The notes: generated by a model not told the origin, from the letters alone. A DNA stretch of 64,000 nucleotides from Bdellovibrionales bacterium (GCA_965200875.1 OZ241456.1:1472001-1536000), one strand, 5' to 3'; shown: positions 19,877 to 30,446, counted from the first letter of the stretch. Program-made: numbers and translations.

Positions 19877-22159
19877 TTGATTAAAAAAAAATCCCCTCGT
19901 CATTTGGTCCCTAAGTCTGTTAAAGACGACAAAAAAACCTCTTTGATTCGTCAAAGAAAACTCCATCTGCGGAAAACTCTTGCTTTTCAAAACCTTACAG
20001 GCACTGTTAAAAGACATCCCGATGGTTTTGGTTTTTTTATTCCTGAAGATCCCAAGTATCCGGCTGATATATATCTTTCCAAAAGACAAATGTGTGGCTT
20101 AATGAGTAATGATAAAGTGAAGGCAGATATTTTTTCCCGCCTGCGAGGAAAATCATCCGGCTTAAAAAAAACCTCCAGTGCTCCTCAGGACCAAAAAGTA
20201 CTTTTTTCCGGAAAAATTCTCCAGCTTGTCCAAAGGGCGCAGGAATTTGTGATTGGGCAATATCTGTCCTTATCTGATACAACCGGCATTATCAGGGATA
20301 ATAGCTTTCAATGGGGAGAGGATTTAAAGATTCAGATCAAAAAAAATCAAAAAATCAAAGCTGGAGAATGGGTGCAGGCCAAAATCACCCACTGGCCGGA
20401 AAACCCAAAAGGCTTATGTGGAGAAGTGATTTGTTCTCTGGGGCTTTTTCCAGAAGCACTGGAAGATAATATTCGCATTGTACAACGGCACAACATTCCA
20501 GCCTCCTTCTCCTCGGAATGCTTAAAAGAAGTGAACGCCATACCGGAGTCCTTTTCAAAAGATATTCTGGATAAAAGAAGGGACTTAAAATCATTGGCTT
20601 TTGTCACTATAGATGGAAAAACAGCTCAGGATTTTGATGACGCCATTTATGTTTCTTCTCACTCAAGAGGATGGAAACTTTATGTGGCGATTGCTGATGT
20701 AAGTCACTATGTAAAAAAAGACTCAGTAATGGATAAAGAGGCCCGACTCAGGGGAAATAGCTCTTATTTCCCAGGATTTACTCTTCCCATGCTGGCGGAA
20801 AAACTGAGCAACAACCTTTGCTCTTTAAAACCACATGAAGATCGCTTGGCTTTTGTGGCAGAAATACATTTCAACACAAAAGGTGAAAAAGAAAGTGGCA
20901 GGTTTTATTCAGCAGTGATTCAAAGCCAGGCCCGTTTAAGTTACGGATCAGCGCAGGAAATCATGGAACAGGCAGAGGACAATGATTCTGACGACAGATG
21001 GCCGATTGAAGTAAAAAAAAATGTGCTTTCCGCTGAAAAACTGGCCCGCCTTCTACTTGAAAAAAGGCTTGAAAAACATTTTATTAATCTGGAAATACCA
21101 GAGACTGAAATATATTTAAACTCCCTCGGAGAACCAATGGACATTATCCAAAGCCGACGGTTATTTTCCTACCAGCTGATTGAAGAGCTTATGCTCTCCG
21201 CCAATAAGGCTGTCGCGGAATATTTGCAAAAAAATAAAATTCCCTCTCTTTATCGTGTACATGATTCTCCAAAACCGGATTCCCTGAAATTTTTGGAATC
21301 ATTTACAAGAGGTCTGGGTACTGATCTGAAACTTGTGGAACCAGATTTACAAAAAAAAATATCTTTTCTTATCAGGAAATTTGCAGATCACCATTTATCA
21401 GAAGTCTTGCAGATTCTCATTTTGCGATCTCTTTCACAAGCGATTTATAGTGCTCATAATAAAAAACATTTCGGTTTAAACGCTTTACATTATACTCACT
21501 TTACTTCCCCGATTCGCCGTTACAGTGATCTGGTTGTTCATCGCATTTTAAAATCATGTTTGGCGAAAAAAGCACTTCCTTATACCACTCAGGAACTGGA
21601 ATCCATCGCGGAAATCACAAGTGCCTCTGAACAAAGATCCGTAAAGGCGGAAAGACAAATTAAAGATATAAAAAAGGCGCGATTTTTAAAAAAGCGACTG
21701 GGAGAGGAAATGGAAGGAATAATCTCTTCTGTTACTCGCTTTGGTATTTTTATAAAACTGAGATTATATGATATTGAAGGACTGGTACATGTCAAAAATT
21801 TAAAAGGCGACTGGGAGTTTGAAGAATCTTTGCTGGAATTAAAGGCCAAATCCTCTGGATTTCGATTTAAAATGGGTGACTTTGTGTCCATTCAAGTGAT
21901 GTCTGCTAATATTGATACAGGCCAAATTGATTTTAAATTGATGAAGCACAAGGGGAAAGAAAGCCAGCTTTTTGAAACCACAAGACTTTCTTCAGGCTCC
22001 CAAAAACAGGAAAAAAAAGGGAACTCCCGCAGGAACAAGGTACGGAAAAAAGACAAAAAAAGAACAAAAAGAACCAGAAAAACAAGGAACAGGGCAAAAT
22101 CCGGCAGAACAGCCAATATAAATAATCACAGGAAAAAAAGAAGAAAAAAAAGATATTAA
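19877..22159 (+). CDS. rnr: Ribonuclease R
   Basis: HPDGFGF cold-shock domain, TIDGKTAQDFDDA, HFTSPIRRYSD, S1 domain, basic C-terminal tail. Confidence 0.95.
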   Translation: MIKKKSPRHLVPKSVKDDKKTSLIRQRKLHLRKTLAFQNLTGTVKRHPDGFGFFIPEDPKYPADIYLSKRQMCGLMSNDKVKADIFSRLRGKSSGLKKTSSAPQDQKVLFSGKILQLVQRAQEFVIGQYLSLSDTTGIIRDNSFQWGEDLKIQIKKNQKIKAGEWVQAKITHWPENPKGLCGEVICSLGLFPEALEDNIRIVQRHNIPASFSSECLKEVNAIPESFSKDILDKRRDLKSLAFVTIDGKTAQDFDDAIYVSSHSRGWKLYVAIADVSHYVKKDSVMDKEARLRGNSSYFPGFTLPMLAEKLSNNLCSLKPHEDRLAFVAEIHFNTKGEKESGRFYSAVIQSQARLSYGSAQEIMEQAEDNDSDDRWPIEVKKNVLSAEKLARLLLEKRLEKHFINLEIPETEIYLNSLGEPMDIIQSRRLFSYQLIEELMLSANKAVAEYLQKNKIPSLYRVHDSPKPDSLKFLESFTRGLGTDLKLVEPDLQKKISFLIRKFADHHLSEVLQILILRSLSQAIYSAHNKKHFGLNALHYTHFTSPIRRYSDLVVHRILKSCLAKKALPYTTQELESIAEITSASEQRSVKAERQIKDIKKARFLKKRLGEEMEGIISSVTRFGIFIKLRLYDIEGLVHVKNLKGDWEFEESLLELKAKSSGFRFKMGDFVSIQVMSANIDTGQIDFKLMKHKGKESQLFETTRLSSGSQKQEKKGNSRRNKVRKKDKKRTKRTRKTRNRAKSGRTANINNHRKKRRKKRY

Positions 22160-22167
22160 AAAAAAAT

Positions 22168-22337
22168 TGAAATCCAGTGACTAAACAGCCGATATAAATG
22201 AATGAGGCAATATCTTTACAAGGTTTGTAATTCACCCAGCCTTTGAACAGCTGATTGGTGATGATTCAGCCATAAAAACTGAAAAACTCAACCCATTGGA
22301 TAAAAAAAACTCAAATAAATTTTTAAACAGCCGATAT
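22168..22337 (+). promoter_or_regulatory. Two tandem sigma-28 (FliA)-like promoters
   Basis: TGAA-N16-GCCGATAT (22168-22195) and TCAA-N15-GCCGATAT (22311-22337); both lie in the repeat TAAACAGCCGATATA. Confidence 0.55.
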
Positions 22338-22400
22338 ACAAAAATGAAGCTTTAAAAAATTAAAATTATTAAGCCACTGACACTTTATGGAGAAAATATA

Positions 22401-22790
22401 ATGAGTATTATAATGAGATTTCACGGAATGGAACAAAAAGAACATCCCCGCCATTTAAAGGACTATTTAGAGGCTTTGCTTCGTCATGCTCCTTCCCGCT
22501 CCACTTGCCATTTTCATATTTTTAAAGAACCTAAAGGATATTTGTGCAAACTGACTGTTCACTCCAATATTAAAACTTTTTCCTCTCATTATAAAGATGA
22601 AACTATGAAAGACACTGTAAAAACAGTTTTAAGAAATGTTAAAGCGCAAATTGCAGGTTGGAAGAAAAGTCGCTCTTCACTGGAGTTAACAGGAGTCACT
22701 TCTGTCACCAGTTTAAATCTGACGGCTTTGGATGCACTAGACGAACAAGAGAATGAGCAGGAACACTATCACTTAAAAAAAGTCGCTTAA
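22401..22790 (+). CDS. Hypothetical protein, possibly HPF/RaiA-like
   Basis: GGAG RBS; size and apparent beta-alpha-beta-beta-beta-alpha pattern resemble HPF, with low sequence conservation. Confidence 0.5.
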   Translation: MSIIMRFHGMEQKEHPRHLKDYLEALLRHAPSRSTCHFHIFKEPKGYLCKLTVHSNIKTFSSHYKDETMKDTVKTVLRNVKAQIAGWKKSRSSLELTGVTSVTSLNLTALDALDEQENEQEHYHLKKVA

Positions 22791-22880
22791 CCTGTCAATC
22801 AGGACCAAGAACGCCACACACATTCCTCCTTTTTTTAAATTTTTTGGAAAATAGTTGCTGTATGCTAAAATAGACAGGAC

Positions 22881-24641
22881 ATGGATCTGGTTAAATCTTT
22901 AAAAAAAACCGTAAAAAATCTGCCAAGACAATGTGGTGTGTATATTATGAAGGACGCAGGAAATCGTCCAGTTTATATTGGAAAAGCAAAAAATTTGAAG
23001 TCCCGGGTTCAATCCTATTTTTCCAATGATAAAAGTTTTAAAAACACTTTCTTAATTCCCCGGATTCATCGTATTGATTATATTTTGACGGATACGGAGG
23101 TGGAGGCATACCTGTTGGAAGCCAGTTTGGTGAAAAAACACAAGCCTCGTTACAATGTCCGCTTAAAAGATGATAAATCTTATCCTTATATCCGTTGTTC
23201 TATGGAAGACAACTTTCCTCGTTTTCATATCGAAAGAAGAGTCAAAAAAAAGGGGTCACTTTATTTCGGACCTTATACAGATGCTGGTTTTGTTCGACAA
23301 ATGATTCAATTCTTAAATCAGCAGTTTAAAATCAGAGATTGCAGTAATCATTTTATGAAAGGAAGAGTAAAACCCTGTTTGACTTATCATATCGGTGATT
23401 GCTCTGCTCCGTGTGTGGATAAAGTGAGTCAAAAAAATTATCTTCAGCAGGTTAAGAAGTCTTTGGAGTTTTTAAGAGGGAAAGGTAAAATTCTTTTAAA
23501 GAGTATGGAAGAAGAGATGAAAAAATTATCGGAAGAAGAGAGATTTGAAGAAGCCACCCGATTGAGGGATCGTATAAAAGCGATTGAATTTTGTCGCGCA
23601 AAACAATCTGTTGTTAGTCAAAAACAAAAAAATATGGATGTGATAGCTTTCCACAGAGAGGAAAAAGCAATATTATTTCAAACATTGCATGTCAGGTCAG
23701 GTGTGATTGTGGGACATCGTTTTTATTATTACGATTTTCCGGTTAGTTCCAACCTGCTTCAAAGGCACAAGATGAAGAAGGTTTTTTCACATAAAAGCAC
23801 TTTGCCGGAAACAGCATCAAATAAAATAAAAAGCCTTGGCGAAGACCATCTTCTTTTCGGACTTATTGCTCAATATTATATAGATAATTTGCTTCCTGAG
23901 CTTTTGTTACTGTCTGTAGAACAAATCGGCAAAGATATGCTTACCTTGCTAGAGCAGATTCTTTTTAAGATAAGCGGAAAATCAGTTTGTATTCGTGCAC
24001 CCAAGGGAAGTGTGGAAAAAAAGTTAATGAACATGACTTTAAAAAACGCTTATACCCGATTTAAAGAACAGTACTCAAAAAACCAATCATTATGGGAGGC
24101 TTTAGGGGATATTCAGAAAAAATTTCATTTAAAAAATCTTCCAGAGAGAATAGAGTGTTTTGATATCTCTCATTTTCAAGGTAAAAATCAGGTGGCCTCT
24201 CAAGTGGTTTTTGAAGGAGGAGTGCCTAAAAAAGAGGACTACAGGAGATATAAAATACAGACAGTAAAAGGTGTGGACGATTTTTCTGCTATTAAGGAAG
24301 TTTTAGATCGCCGGTTTAGACACACGGAACATGCTGATCCTCATTTATTGGTTGTGGATGGCGGAAAAGGGCAACTACAACAAGCTTTGTTGGCCCTGAA
24401 AGAAGCCGGACGAGAAGAAATACCAGTAGTTGCTATGGCTAAAGCACGAGTAAAGTCAGATTTTTCTTCAGGAGATGTGAAGTCAGGAAAAGAGCGGTTT
24501 TTTATTCCAAAAAGAAAAAATGCTATTGTTTTGCCTGCCCATTCAGAATCGTTGAAGATTTTAATGTATTTGCGTGATGAAGCTCATCGTTTTGCCATTA
24601 CTTATCACCGTCGCCTGTCACAAAAATCTTTTTTCTCTTAA
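22881..24641 (+). CDS. uvrC: Excinuclease ABC subunit C
   Basis: GVY...YIGKAKNL GIY-YIG domain, UVR domain, ECFDISH, VDGGKGQL, RDEAHRFA. Ends without the HhH tail. Confidence 0.95.
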   Translation: MDLVKSLKKTVKNLPRQCGVYIMKDAGNRPVYIGKAKNLKSRVQSYFSNDKSFKNTFLIPRIHRIDYILTDTEVEAYLLEASLVKKHKPRYNVRLKDDKSYPYIRCSMEDNFPRFHIERRVKKKGSLYFGPYTDAGFVRQMIQFLNQQFKIRDCSNHFMKGRVKPCLTYHIGDCSAPCVDKVSQKNYLQQVKKSLEFLRGKGKILLKSMEEEMKKLSEEERFEEATRLRDRIKAIEFCRAKQSVVSQKQKNMDVIAFHREEKAILFQTLHVRSGVIVGHRFYYYDFPVSSNLLQRHKMKKVFSHKSTLPETASNKIKSLGEDHLLFGLIAQYYIDNLLPELLLLSVEQIGKDMLTLLEQILFKISGKSVCIRAPKGSVEKKLMNMTLKNAYTRFKEQYSKNQSLWEALGDIQKKFHLKNLPERIECFDISHFQGKNQVASQVVFEGGVPKKEDYRRYKIQTVKGVDDFSAIKEVLDRRFRHTEHADPHLLVVDGGKGQLQQALLALKEAGREEIPVVAMAKARVKSDFSSGDVKSGKERFFIPKRKNAIVLPAHSESLKILMYLRDEAHRFAITYHRRLSQKSFFS

Positions 24642-24771
24642 AAAAAACAGTCTGCTCAACACAAACTCACTAAAGCTCAACCACCCAGATCCTGTTTTTG
24701 ATTCATCTCTAAGTTTTGCAAATCTCTATATATTGACTTTATGACCTGTGTTATTTATCATTCAAACAGTT

Positions 24772-24945
24772 ATGGAAAACAATTTAACAAAGCAACAACT
24801 CAATCACCTAACAGAAAATGGCTTTACAGTCGAACAGGCAGAGGCTATTGTTCGAGCCAGAGAGAAAAGATCTGTCAATAAAAAAGATCTGGAGCTTTTG
24901 AAAAAAAACTCAAAGCTTTGGACTTTAGAGGTTTTGATAATATGA
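24772..24945 (+). CDS. Short DUF1640-like fragment upstream of rpoH
   Basis: LTENGFTVEQAEAIV...KKDLELLK resembles the DUF1640/CCDC90-like motif. Confidence 0.4.
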   Translation: MENNLTKQQLNHLTENGFTVEQAEAIVRAREKRSVNKKDLELLKKNSKLWTLEVLII

Positions 24946-25829
24946 AAAAAAAACTAAAAAAAAAGAACCACTGGCCGGCGGAAGTTATTCACTCACCTAC
25001 TCCCATATTAAATGATCCTACACAAGCTTATTTAAAGGAAATCGGAAAATTTCCTGTTTTAAGCAAAGAGGAGGAAGAAAAACTCAGTAAACTATTTTAT
25101 GACACTAAAGATCCCAAGATAGCCAAAGATCTGGCGCAAGCTAATCTGCGGTTTGTCGTTAAAATTGCCGCAGAATACACTTGTTTCGGTTCCCGTTTGA
25201 TTGATCTGATTCAAGAGGGTAATATAGGACTTCTACACGCCATTAAAGAGTTTAACCCCTATAAAGGTGTACGTTTGATTACTTACGCGGTTTGGTGGAT
25301 TCGAGGATATATTCAGGAATATCTCATGCGACAATATTCTCTAGTTCGCATTGGAACCAGTGCCAAACAAAAAAAATTATTTTATCTTTTAAAAAAACAA
25401 CAGGAAAAACTGACGCAACTACCTTATCAGGAAAGTATAAAACTTCTGACTCACTCCGGTTTTAAAGAAAAAGAAGTACGGGAAATGCAACAAAGGATTA
25501 CAGGTCGGGATTTTAGTTTAGATCAACCCGTTGGTGAAAACGGCCACATTCTGTCTGCGCAAGCAGGAGAAGAAGAACGCTCTCTGGAAGAAAATCTTAA
25601 TTTTTTACAAGAAAAAAATCTTTTAAAAAAAAGCATTAAAAAACTTCGGCCTGATTTAAATGACAAAGAATTATTTATATTGGATAATCGTCTGCTTTCT
25701 GATAGCCCTCTCACTTTGCAAAAAATCGGCGACAAATTCTCCGTCACAAGGGAATACATACGACAAGTGGAAAGTTATCTGATGCAAAAAATCAAAGACC
25801 AGATGACAGATTTGAAACAGGTTGGATAA
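24942..25829 (+). CDS. rpoH: RNA polymerase sigma factor, RpoH/sigma-32 family
   Basis: NLRFVVKIA, DLIQEGNIGL, YAVWWIR, RpoH-box-like QKKLFYLL, region 4 HTH. AGAGG precedes ATG 24942. Confidence 0.88.
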   Translation: MKKKLKKKNHWPAEVIHSPTPILNDPTQAYLKEIGKFPVLSKEEEEKLSKLFYDTKDPKIAKDLAQANLRFVVKIAAEYTCFGSRLIDLIQEGNIGLLHAIKEFNPYKGVRLITYAVWWIRGYIQEYLMRQYSLVRIGTSAKQKKLFYLLKKQQEKLTQLPYQESIKLLTHSGFKEKEVREMQQRITGRDFSLDQPVGENGHILSAQAGEEERSLEENLNFLQEKNLLKKSIKKLRPDLNDKELFILDNRLLSDSPLTLQKIGDKFSVTREYIRQVESYLMQKIKDQMTDLKQVG

Positions 25830-25845
25830 TAGGAAATATCAAAAA

Positions 25846-26388
25846 TTACTCTACAACAACAAAACCACTTTTACCTTTTAAGGTTAAATATTTCGCCAAG
25901 TCTGGATCAACTTTCGCACCGCCCAATTTCACCCACCACAAATTCGCTTCGGTCAAATTCGCCCTTACTAGGTTTGCCCCTCGCAAATCCGCAAGTCTCA
26001 ATTTCGCACCACTCAAATTCGCACCACTCAAATTCGCATTACTCAAATTCGCCCGTTCCAAATTCGCACCGGTCATATCCGCTACGGCTAAATTCGCATC
26101 GGCCATATTCGCTAGGGCCAAATATGCCAAGAACAAATTCGTATGGCTCAAATTCGCCCATCGAAGATACGCACTACTCAAATTCGCTTCGGTCAAATTC
26201 GCACCACTCAAATTCGCTTCGGCTAAAAATAACCTGCTCAAATCCACACCTGATAAATTACAATTATGCCGTCCAGGCTTATTTATATACTCTCTATAAT
26301 TATCAATATTACATGTAGACTCAGATTCATTCTGACCATAGCTCCAAACACTTAAGCTTAAAAATAGTAAAGCAATTATCAATCTCAT
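25846..26388 (-). CDS. Secreted pentapeptide-repeat protein
   Basis: Signal peptide MRLIIALLFLSL; A(N/D)L(S/T)x repeats; AAGGAGG RBS. Confidence 0.9.
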   Translation of the reverse strand: MRLIIALLFLSLSVWSYGQNESESTCNIDNYREYINKPGRHNCNLSGVDLSRLFLAEANLSGANLTEANLSSAYLRWANLSHTNLFLAYLALANMADANLAVADMTGANLERANLSNANLSGANLSGAKLRLADLRGANLVRANLTEANLWWVKLGGAKVDPDLAKYLTLKGKSGFVVVE

Positions 26389-26463
26389 TATTTACCTCCT
26401 TAATATAATTAATTTTTGTTTTAATTGATTATATTAAAAACCACAACTGTTAAAAAATAACGG

Positions 26464-26477
26464 ATGTAATCTTTACA
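26464..26477 (-). promoter_or_regulatory. Shared upstream motif, copy 2
   Basis: TGTAAAGATTACAT on the minus strand, about 76 bp before the pentapeptide gene start. Confidence 0.45.
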
Positions 26478-26579
26478 CAGTCGATCTGAATAAATGTTAA
26501 CGCATTGTTATCATTTGATTTTTTTTTATAAACAGTTCCCTGAGTTCGCCTTTTGAGAGGGTTTAAAATATGTAAGTGA

Positions 26580-27854
26580 TTAATTTGATGAAAAATACCT
26601 GAACATTTTAAGCAAATGCAAAGCCTGTTTGAGATCTGTATCCTCTTCACTGGCAAATCGTACATATTTTGATTCATCAGTCAACAAAGGCTTTGAAAAT
26701 TCAATATCAGGTATTATGCCTTGTTTGTGAATGGAGTTGCCTTTAGGTGTATAATAATGCGCTACTGTCAGTTTGATTGCGTTTTCGCTGTCAACAGGCA
26801 ACAATGACTGTACAGAACCTTTCCCAAAGCTTTTCCTGCCTAAAAGCATGGCTCTTTTATTTTCCTTTAAAGCCCCCGCCAACACTTCAGCCGCACTGGC
26901 GGAATAAGCATCTATAAGAACCAACATGGGAAAGTTAGAAAAAGTATTTTGAGAACGAGCTTTGAATATTTTGTCATAACTTTTTATCCGACCTTTTACG
27001 CTAACAATTGTGCCCTTTGACATAAAAAGATCTGCTACTTTTATTGCGGAATCAAACACCCCACCAGGATTTCCTCTTAAATCGAGGATTACACCAACCC
27101 ATTTACAAAGTCGTTGCGTTTTTTCCTGGCTTGGATTTTTTATGGCAGGCTTTTTGGAAACACAATCCAGCAGATTTGTGTATTTACTCATAATTTTTCT
27201 GATTTCCCGCGAAGTGCGTTCCGTAAAAGCATTAATCCTGATATAAAGCATTCCGCTACCAAAATTTTTGCTTACAACAGATTGCACGGTAATAAATTTG
27301 GATTTCATGCGCACCTTGTGAATCTTCTTTGAATCAGGCCCTTTAACAGTAAGATGAAACTCCTTACCTCTGTGCCCTTTAAGCATATTGGATATTTCCA
27401 TTTTATTCAAACCCAGTGTTTTTTTGCTGTTTATCTGTAAAATAATCTGTCCGGGATATAATCCTGCTTTACGAGCAGGAGAATTTTGCAACACAGAAAT
27501 AATTACCGGGTGTTTGTTTTTTATTGTCAGCTCCAAGCCCAAACCACTAAATTGTCCTCTCACTTCTTTTTTAAATTGTTTTAATTGCTCCTCCTGCAAA
27601 AAGTGAGAATGAGGATCCAACTCTCTTAACATGCCATTAATCGCACCCTGAATAAGCTCTTTCGAGGATATTTCCTGAACATAAGATTTTTCTATGGTGC
27701 TTAACACATTTGAAAAGATTTTAAGATTCTGATACCTGTGAGAATCATCCTGCTTATCAGATAGTAGTTGTTCTTGAGCAAAAGCCAAGGTTACACCAGA
27801 ACCAAGCAGAATAAAAACCAGCCAATTCATTAAAATATAAAACATTAAAAACAC
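26580..27854 (-). CDS. S41 carboxyl-terminal processing protease (CtpA/Prc-like)
   Basis: LDPHS, PDZ GLG, LDLRGNPGG, SASAAE, SFGKGSVQ, YYTPKG. Confidence 0.93.
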   Translation of the reverse strand: MFLMFYILMNWLVFILLGSGVTLAFAQEQLLSDKQDDSHRYQNLKIFSNVLSTIEKSYVQEISSKELIQGAINGMLRELDPHSHFLQEEQLKQFKKEVRGQFSGLGLELTIKNKHPVIISVLQNSPARKAGLYPGQIILQINSKKTLGLNKMEISNMLKGHRGKEFHLTVKGPDSKKIHKVRMKSKFITVQSVVSKNFGSGMLYIRINAFTERTSREIRKIMSKYTNLLDCVSKKPAIKNPSQEKTQRLCKWVGVILDLRGNPGGVFDSAIKVADLFMSKGTIVSVKGRIKSYDKIFKARSQNTFSNFPMLVLIDAYSASAAEVLAGALKENKRAMLLGRKSFGKGSVQSLLPVDSENAIKLTVAHYYTPKGNSIHKQGIIPDIEFSKPLLTDESKYVRFASEEDTDLKQALHLLKMFRYFSSN

Positions 27855-27860
27855 CTTTCC

Positions 27861-28976
27861 TTATAATAACAAAAACCCTTGTAAAAAAATCACGGCAATC
27901 AACAAAGAATATCTAGCAAACTTTGCAACCCTTTGCTGACCGATTTTTTCATGCACCAGTAAATAAACACAGGGAATATAAAACAAAGAGGAAATAATGG
28001 TTAAAGGTCTGGACAAAGCCAAGTAAAAAAAAGAGACAAAAGCCAAAATGAAAAACAAGCCGGAGAGCATAAAACCAAAAGACAAACTTAAATCACCAGT
28101 TGCAAACAAATTTTTGAAATATTCAGAGGGATTTTGTCGATCTCTTTCTAAGTGAGTCATATTAAAAAACACATGAAAAGCTATAGCTGAAAAATTAAAA
28201 TACACTGCGGAAAAAGCAAAAGAGAAAAACACATTTCCAAAAGAATGAGGAGTGAAAATCGGCAATATAAAAATAAGGCAATTAAAAAAACATAAAGGGA
28301 AACCCACTGTGTAAGAAAAACGGGTTGGGTCTAGATCCTCCTTCATAAAACGACGATGAATATTTATTTTTTTGGAAAAAAACATTGTGAATACAGAAGG
28401 ATTGACCAATATAAACTTTCTGGCAGATCGAGCCACTTTGAGATCCGCCATAGAGTTTCCCGCATAATCAAACTGCTTTTCTCCATATTTCCCCACAAGA
28501 AACAAAGCTTTTTTTTTGCCCACTAGATTTTTTCCCAATGTGGATCCCCATACTTGATCAAACAAACCCACAAGTTTCTGTATTTTCTCAGCGTAAGTTT
28601 GAGTGGAACCTGTGCACAATATAAGCGTTCGTCCACGAGCTTTTTCCTCTTTCAAATAATTCAGAAATTTTTTTGTAAAGGGCATATCTTTTAAAGAAAG
28701 GCCGGCCCATTTTTCTAATTCTATTTTAAAATAACCTTCTTCCTTGACTTTTATTTTTTGCTTTATGATTTTTAACAGCTGATAAGGATATTTTATCAAA
28801 ACAGCCAGAAAAGACTCCCAAGGCAATTCTGTTTTTATCAATGATCCATCCAGATCCACCACCAAAGGAGGCTCGGAAGAATCAACAGCAGTAACTGAAA
28901 CATTTTCTGTGTGTGTGATTTCCTCATCCAAATCCCGTGCGGATGGATAAAGAAGAGCTGATTTACTTTCACTCAA
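27861..28976 (-). CDS. HAD-like domain fused to a degenerate UbiA-like membrane domain
   Basis: PLVVDLDGSLIKTE, FDYAGNSMADL, then several TM helices. The UbiA Asp motif is not conserved. Confidence 0.7.
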   Translation of the reverse strand: MSESKSALLYPSARDLDEEITHTENVSVTAVDSSEPPLVVDLDGSLIKTELPWESFLAVLIKYPYQLLKIIKQKIKVKEEGYFKIELEKWAGLSLKDMPFTKKFLNYLKEEKARGRTLILCTGSTQTYAEKIQKLVGLFDQVWGSTLGKNLVGKKKALFLVGKYGEKQFDYAGNSMADLKVARSARKFILVNPSVFTMFFSKKINIHRRFMKEDLDPTRFSYTVGFPLCFFNCLIFILPIFTPHSFGNVFFSFAFSAVYFNFSAIAFHVFFNMTHLERDRQNPSEYFKNLFATGDLSLSFGFMLSGLFFILAFVSFFYLALSRPLTIISSLFYIPCVYLLVHEKIGQQRVAKFARYSLLIAVIFLQGFLLL

Positions 28977-29081
28977 GATTACCTCCTTTATGACTCCGTT
29001 GACTTTTTTTCTTGAAAGCTATAACAATCTTTCCATTTTTGGAAAAAACCACTCCGGTCTTACTCAGTATTTCCTAGACAG

Positions 29082-30446
29082 CTATTTATTCAAAAAAGGA
29101 GACCACTTCGGACTTTTATAGTTGTGTGAGTCCATAGTGATCCGAGTTGTCCGGGAATTCAACAAATTCATAATATAAAGCTGATATTTCCCGGTCCTAT
29201 TGCTGGTAAATACAATATATCGACCATCAGGGGAAAAAGAAGGGGATTCATGATTGGCCCAGCGGTTATTCATTTTTTTAAAACTAGTAAGACGGCGAAG
29301 CTGAGAACCATCCGCGTTCATAATAAAAATATCAAACCTGCCACCTGCCAAACCGGAAAATACCACCTGCTTTCCATCCGGGGAATAATCCGGTGTGGAG
29401 TTATAAGTGCCTTGCCATGTAACAGGACGAATGTTTTTACCATTTATGTTCATGGAGTAAATCATTACTTTTCCTCCTCTGTCCGAAGAGAATAAAATAT
29501 TTTTTCCCGTAGGATGAACAACCGGCTCCACATTAATGGAATTGTTCGGACCAAAAGTAACAGGTTTAATGGAACCATCTATCAGAGACATTTTCGCAAT
29601 ATCCATGTGACCTCTCCCCAAAAATAAAGAAAGTAAAATATGCTTTCCATCGGGAAGAAAATCCGATCCCAAGTGTGTCCCTCTTCTCTTGGAGACAATC
29701 CGGCGGGTGTTCATAAAACGATCATATAAAATAAGAGAACCGGTTCTGCTTTTCACACTTTTCCGATAAAGAAAGGCTGTGTAAGCAATATATTTTCCAT
29801 CTCCAGACCAGCTGGGAGAAAATGCCACACTTTTATGAAAGGAAACTTGTTTTTTATTTTCCCCATTCCAGTCCATAATAAAAAGCTCTTTTTTACTCCC
29901 CTTCATGCTTCGTGCCACTACAATTTTTGTCAGGAAAATACCTAGTTTTTTTGTCAGCGTAAAAACAATGTCATCACAGATTTTATGAGCCAGTTTTTTT
30001 GCCAAAGCTAAAGCCGAAGTGTATTTTTTTTGAAACACTTTTCGCTTTAGAGGAATATGATAAAGGTATAAATCCACCTGCACTTTTCCCTCTTTAAGCA
30101 AATAACTGCCTAACACCAAGTAATCCGTTCTTAATAGCTTCCAGTTTTTCCATCTGAAGCCATCAGGATTTTTCGGATAAGGTTCAAACATTTTTTCACC
30201 GGGCTTTTCCAAAAAGGCCACCTGATCTATAAGTTTAAAATAACCGGAGGCCGACAGATTATCCTGTATAGTTTGAAAAATCAGACTTCCCGACTTTAAA
30301 GCCTGAGGAGAGGCAGGCCCAAGTAACAAAAGAGGTTGTATGGCCATCTGGCTTTCTCTGACATGCGCTTTCCCTACATCAATAAAAACAAAAGCGTCTG
30401 TTGAAAAAGATATTAAAAAAAATCCCGTTAAAATTATTCTGGAAAT
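29082..30446 (-). CDS. tolB: Tol-Pal system protein TolB
   Basis: PD40 repeats (SPSWSGDG, PDYSPDG, SPSFSPDG); follows tolQ, tolR, tolA. The open frame with a signal peptide extends upstream of ATG 30347 to a candidate ATT start at 30446. Confidence 0.88.
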   Translation of the reverse strand: MSRIILTGFFLISFSTDAFVFIDVGKAHVRESQMAIQPLLLLGPASPQALKSGSLIFQTIQDNLSASGYFKLIDQVAFLEKPGEKMFEPYPKNPDGFRWKNWKLLRTDYLVLGSYLLKEGKVQVDLYLYHIPLKRKVFQKKYTSALALAKKLAHKICDDIVFTLTKKLGIFLTKIVVARSMKGSKKELFIMDWNGENKKQVSFHKSVAFSPSWSGDGKYIAYTAFLYRKSVKSRTGSLILYDRFMNTRRIVSKRRGTHLGSDFLPDGKHILLSLFLGRGHMDIAKMSLIDGSIKPVTFGPNNSINVEPVVHPTGKNILFSSDRGGKVMIYSMNINGKNIRPVTWQGTYNSTPDYSPDGKQVVFSGLAGGRFDIFIMNADGSQLRRLTSFKKMNNRWANHESPSFSPDGRYIVFTSNRTGKYQLYIMNLLNSRTTRITMDSHNYKSPKWSPFLNK

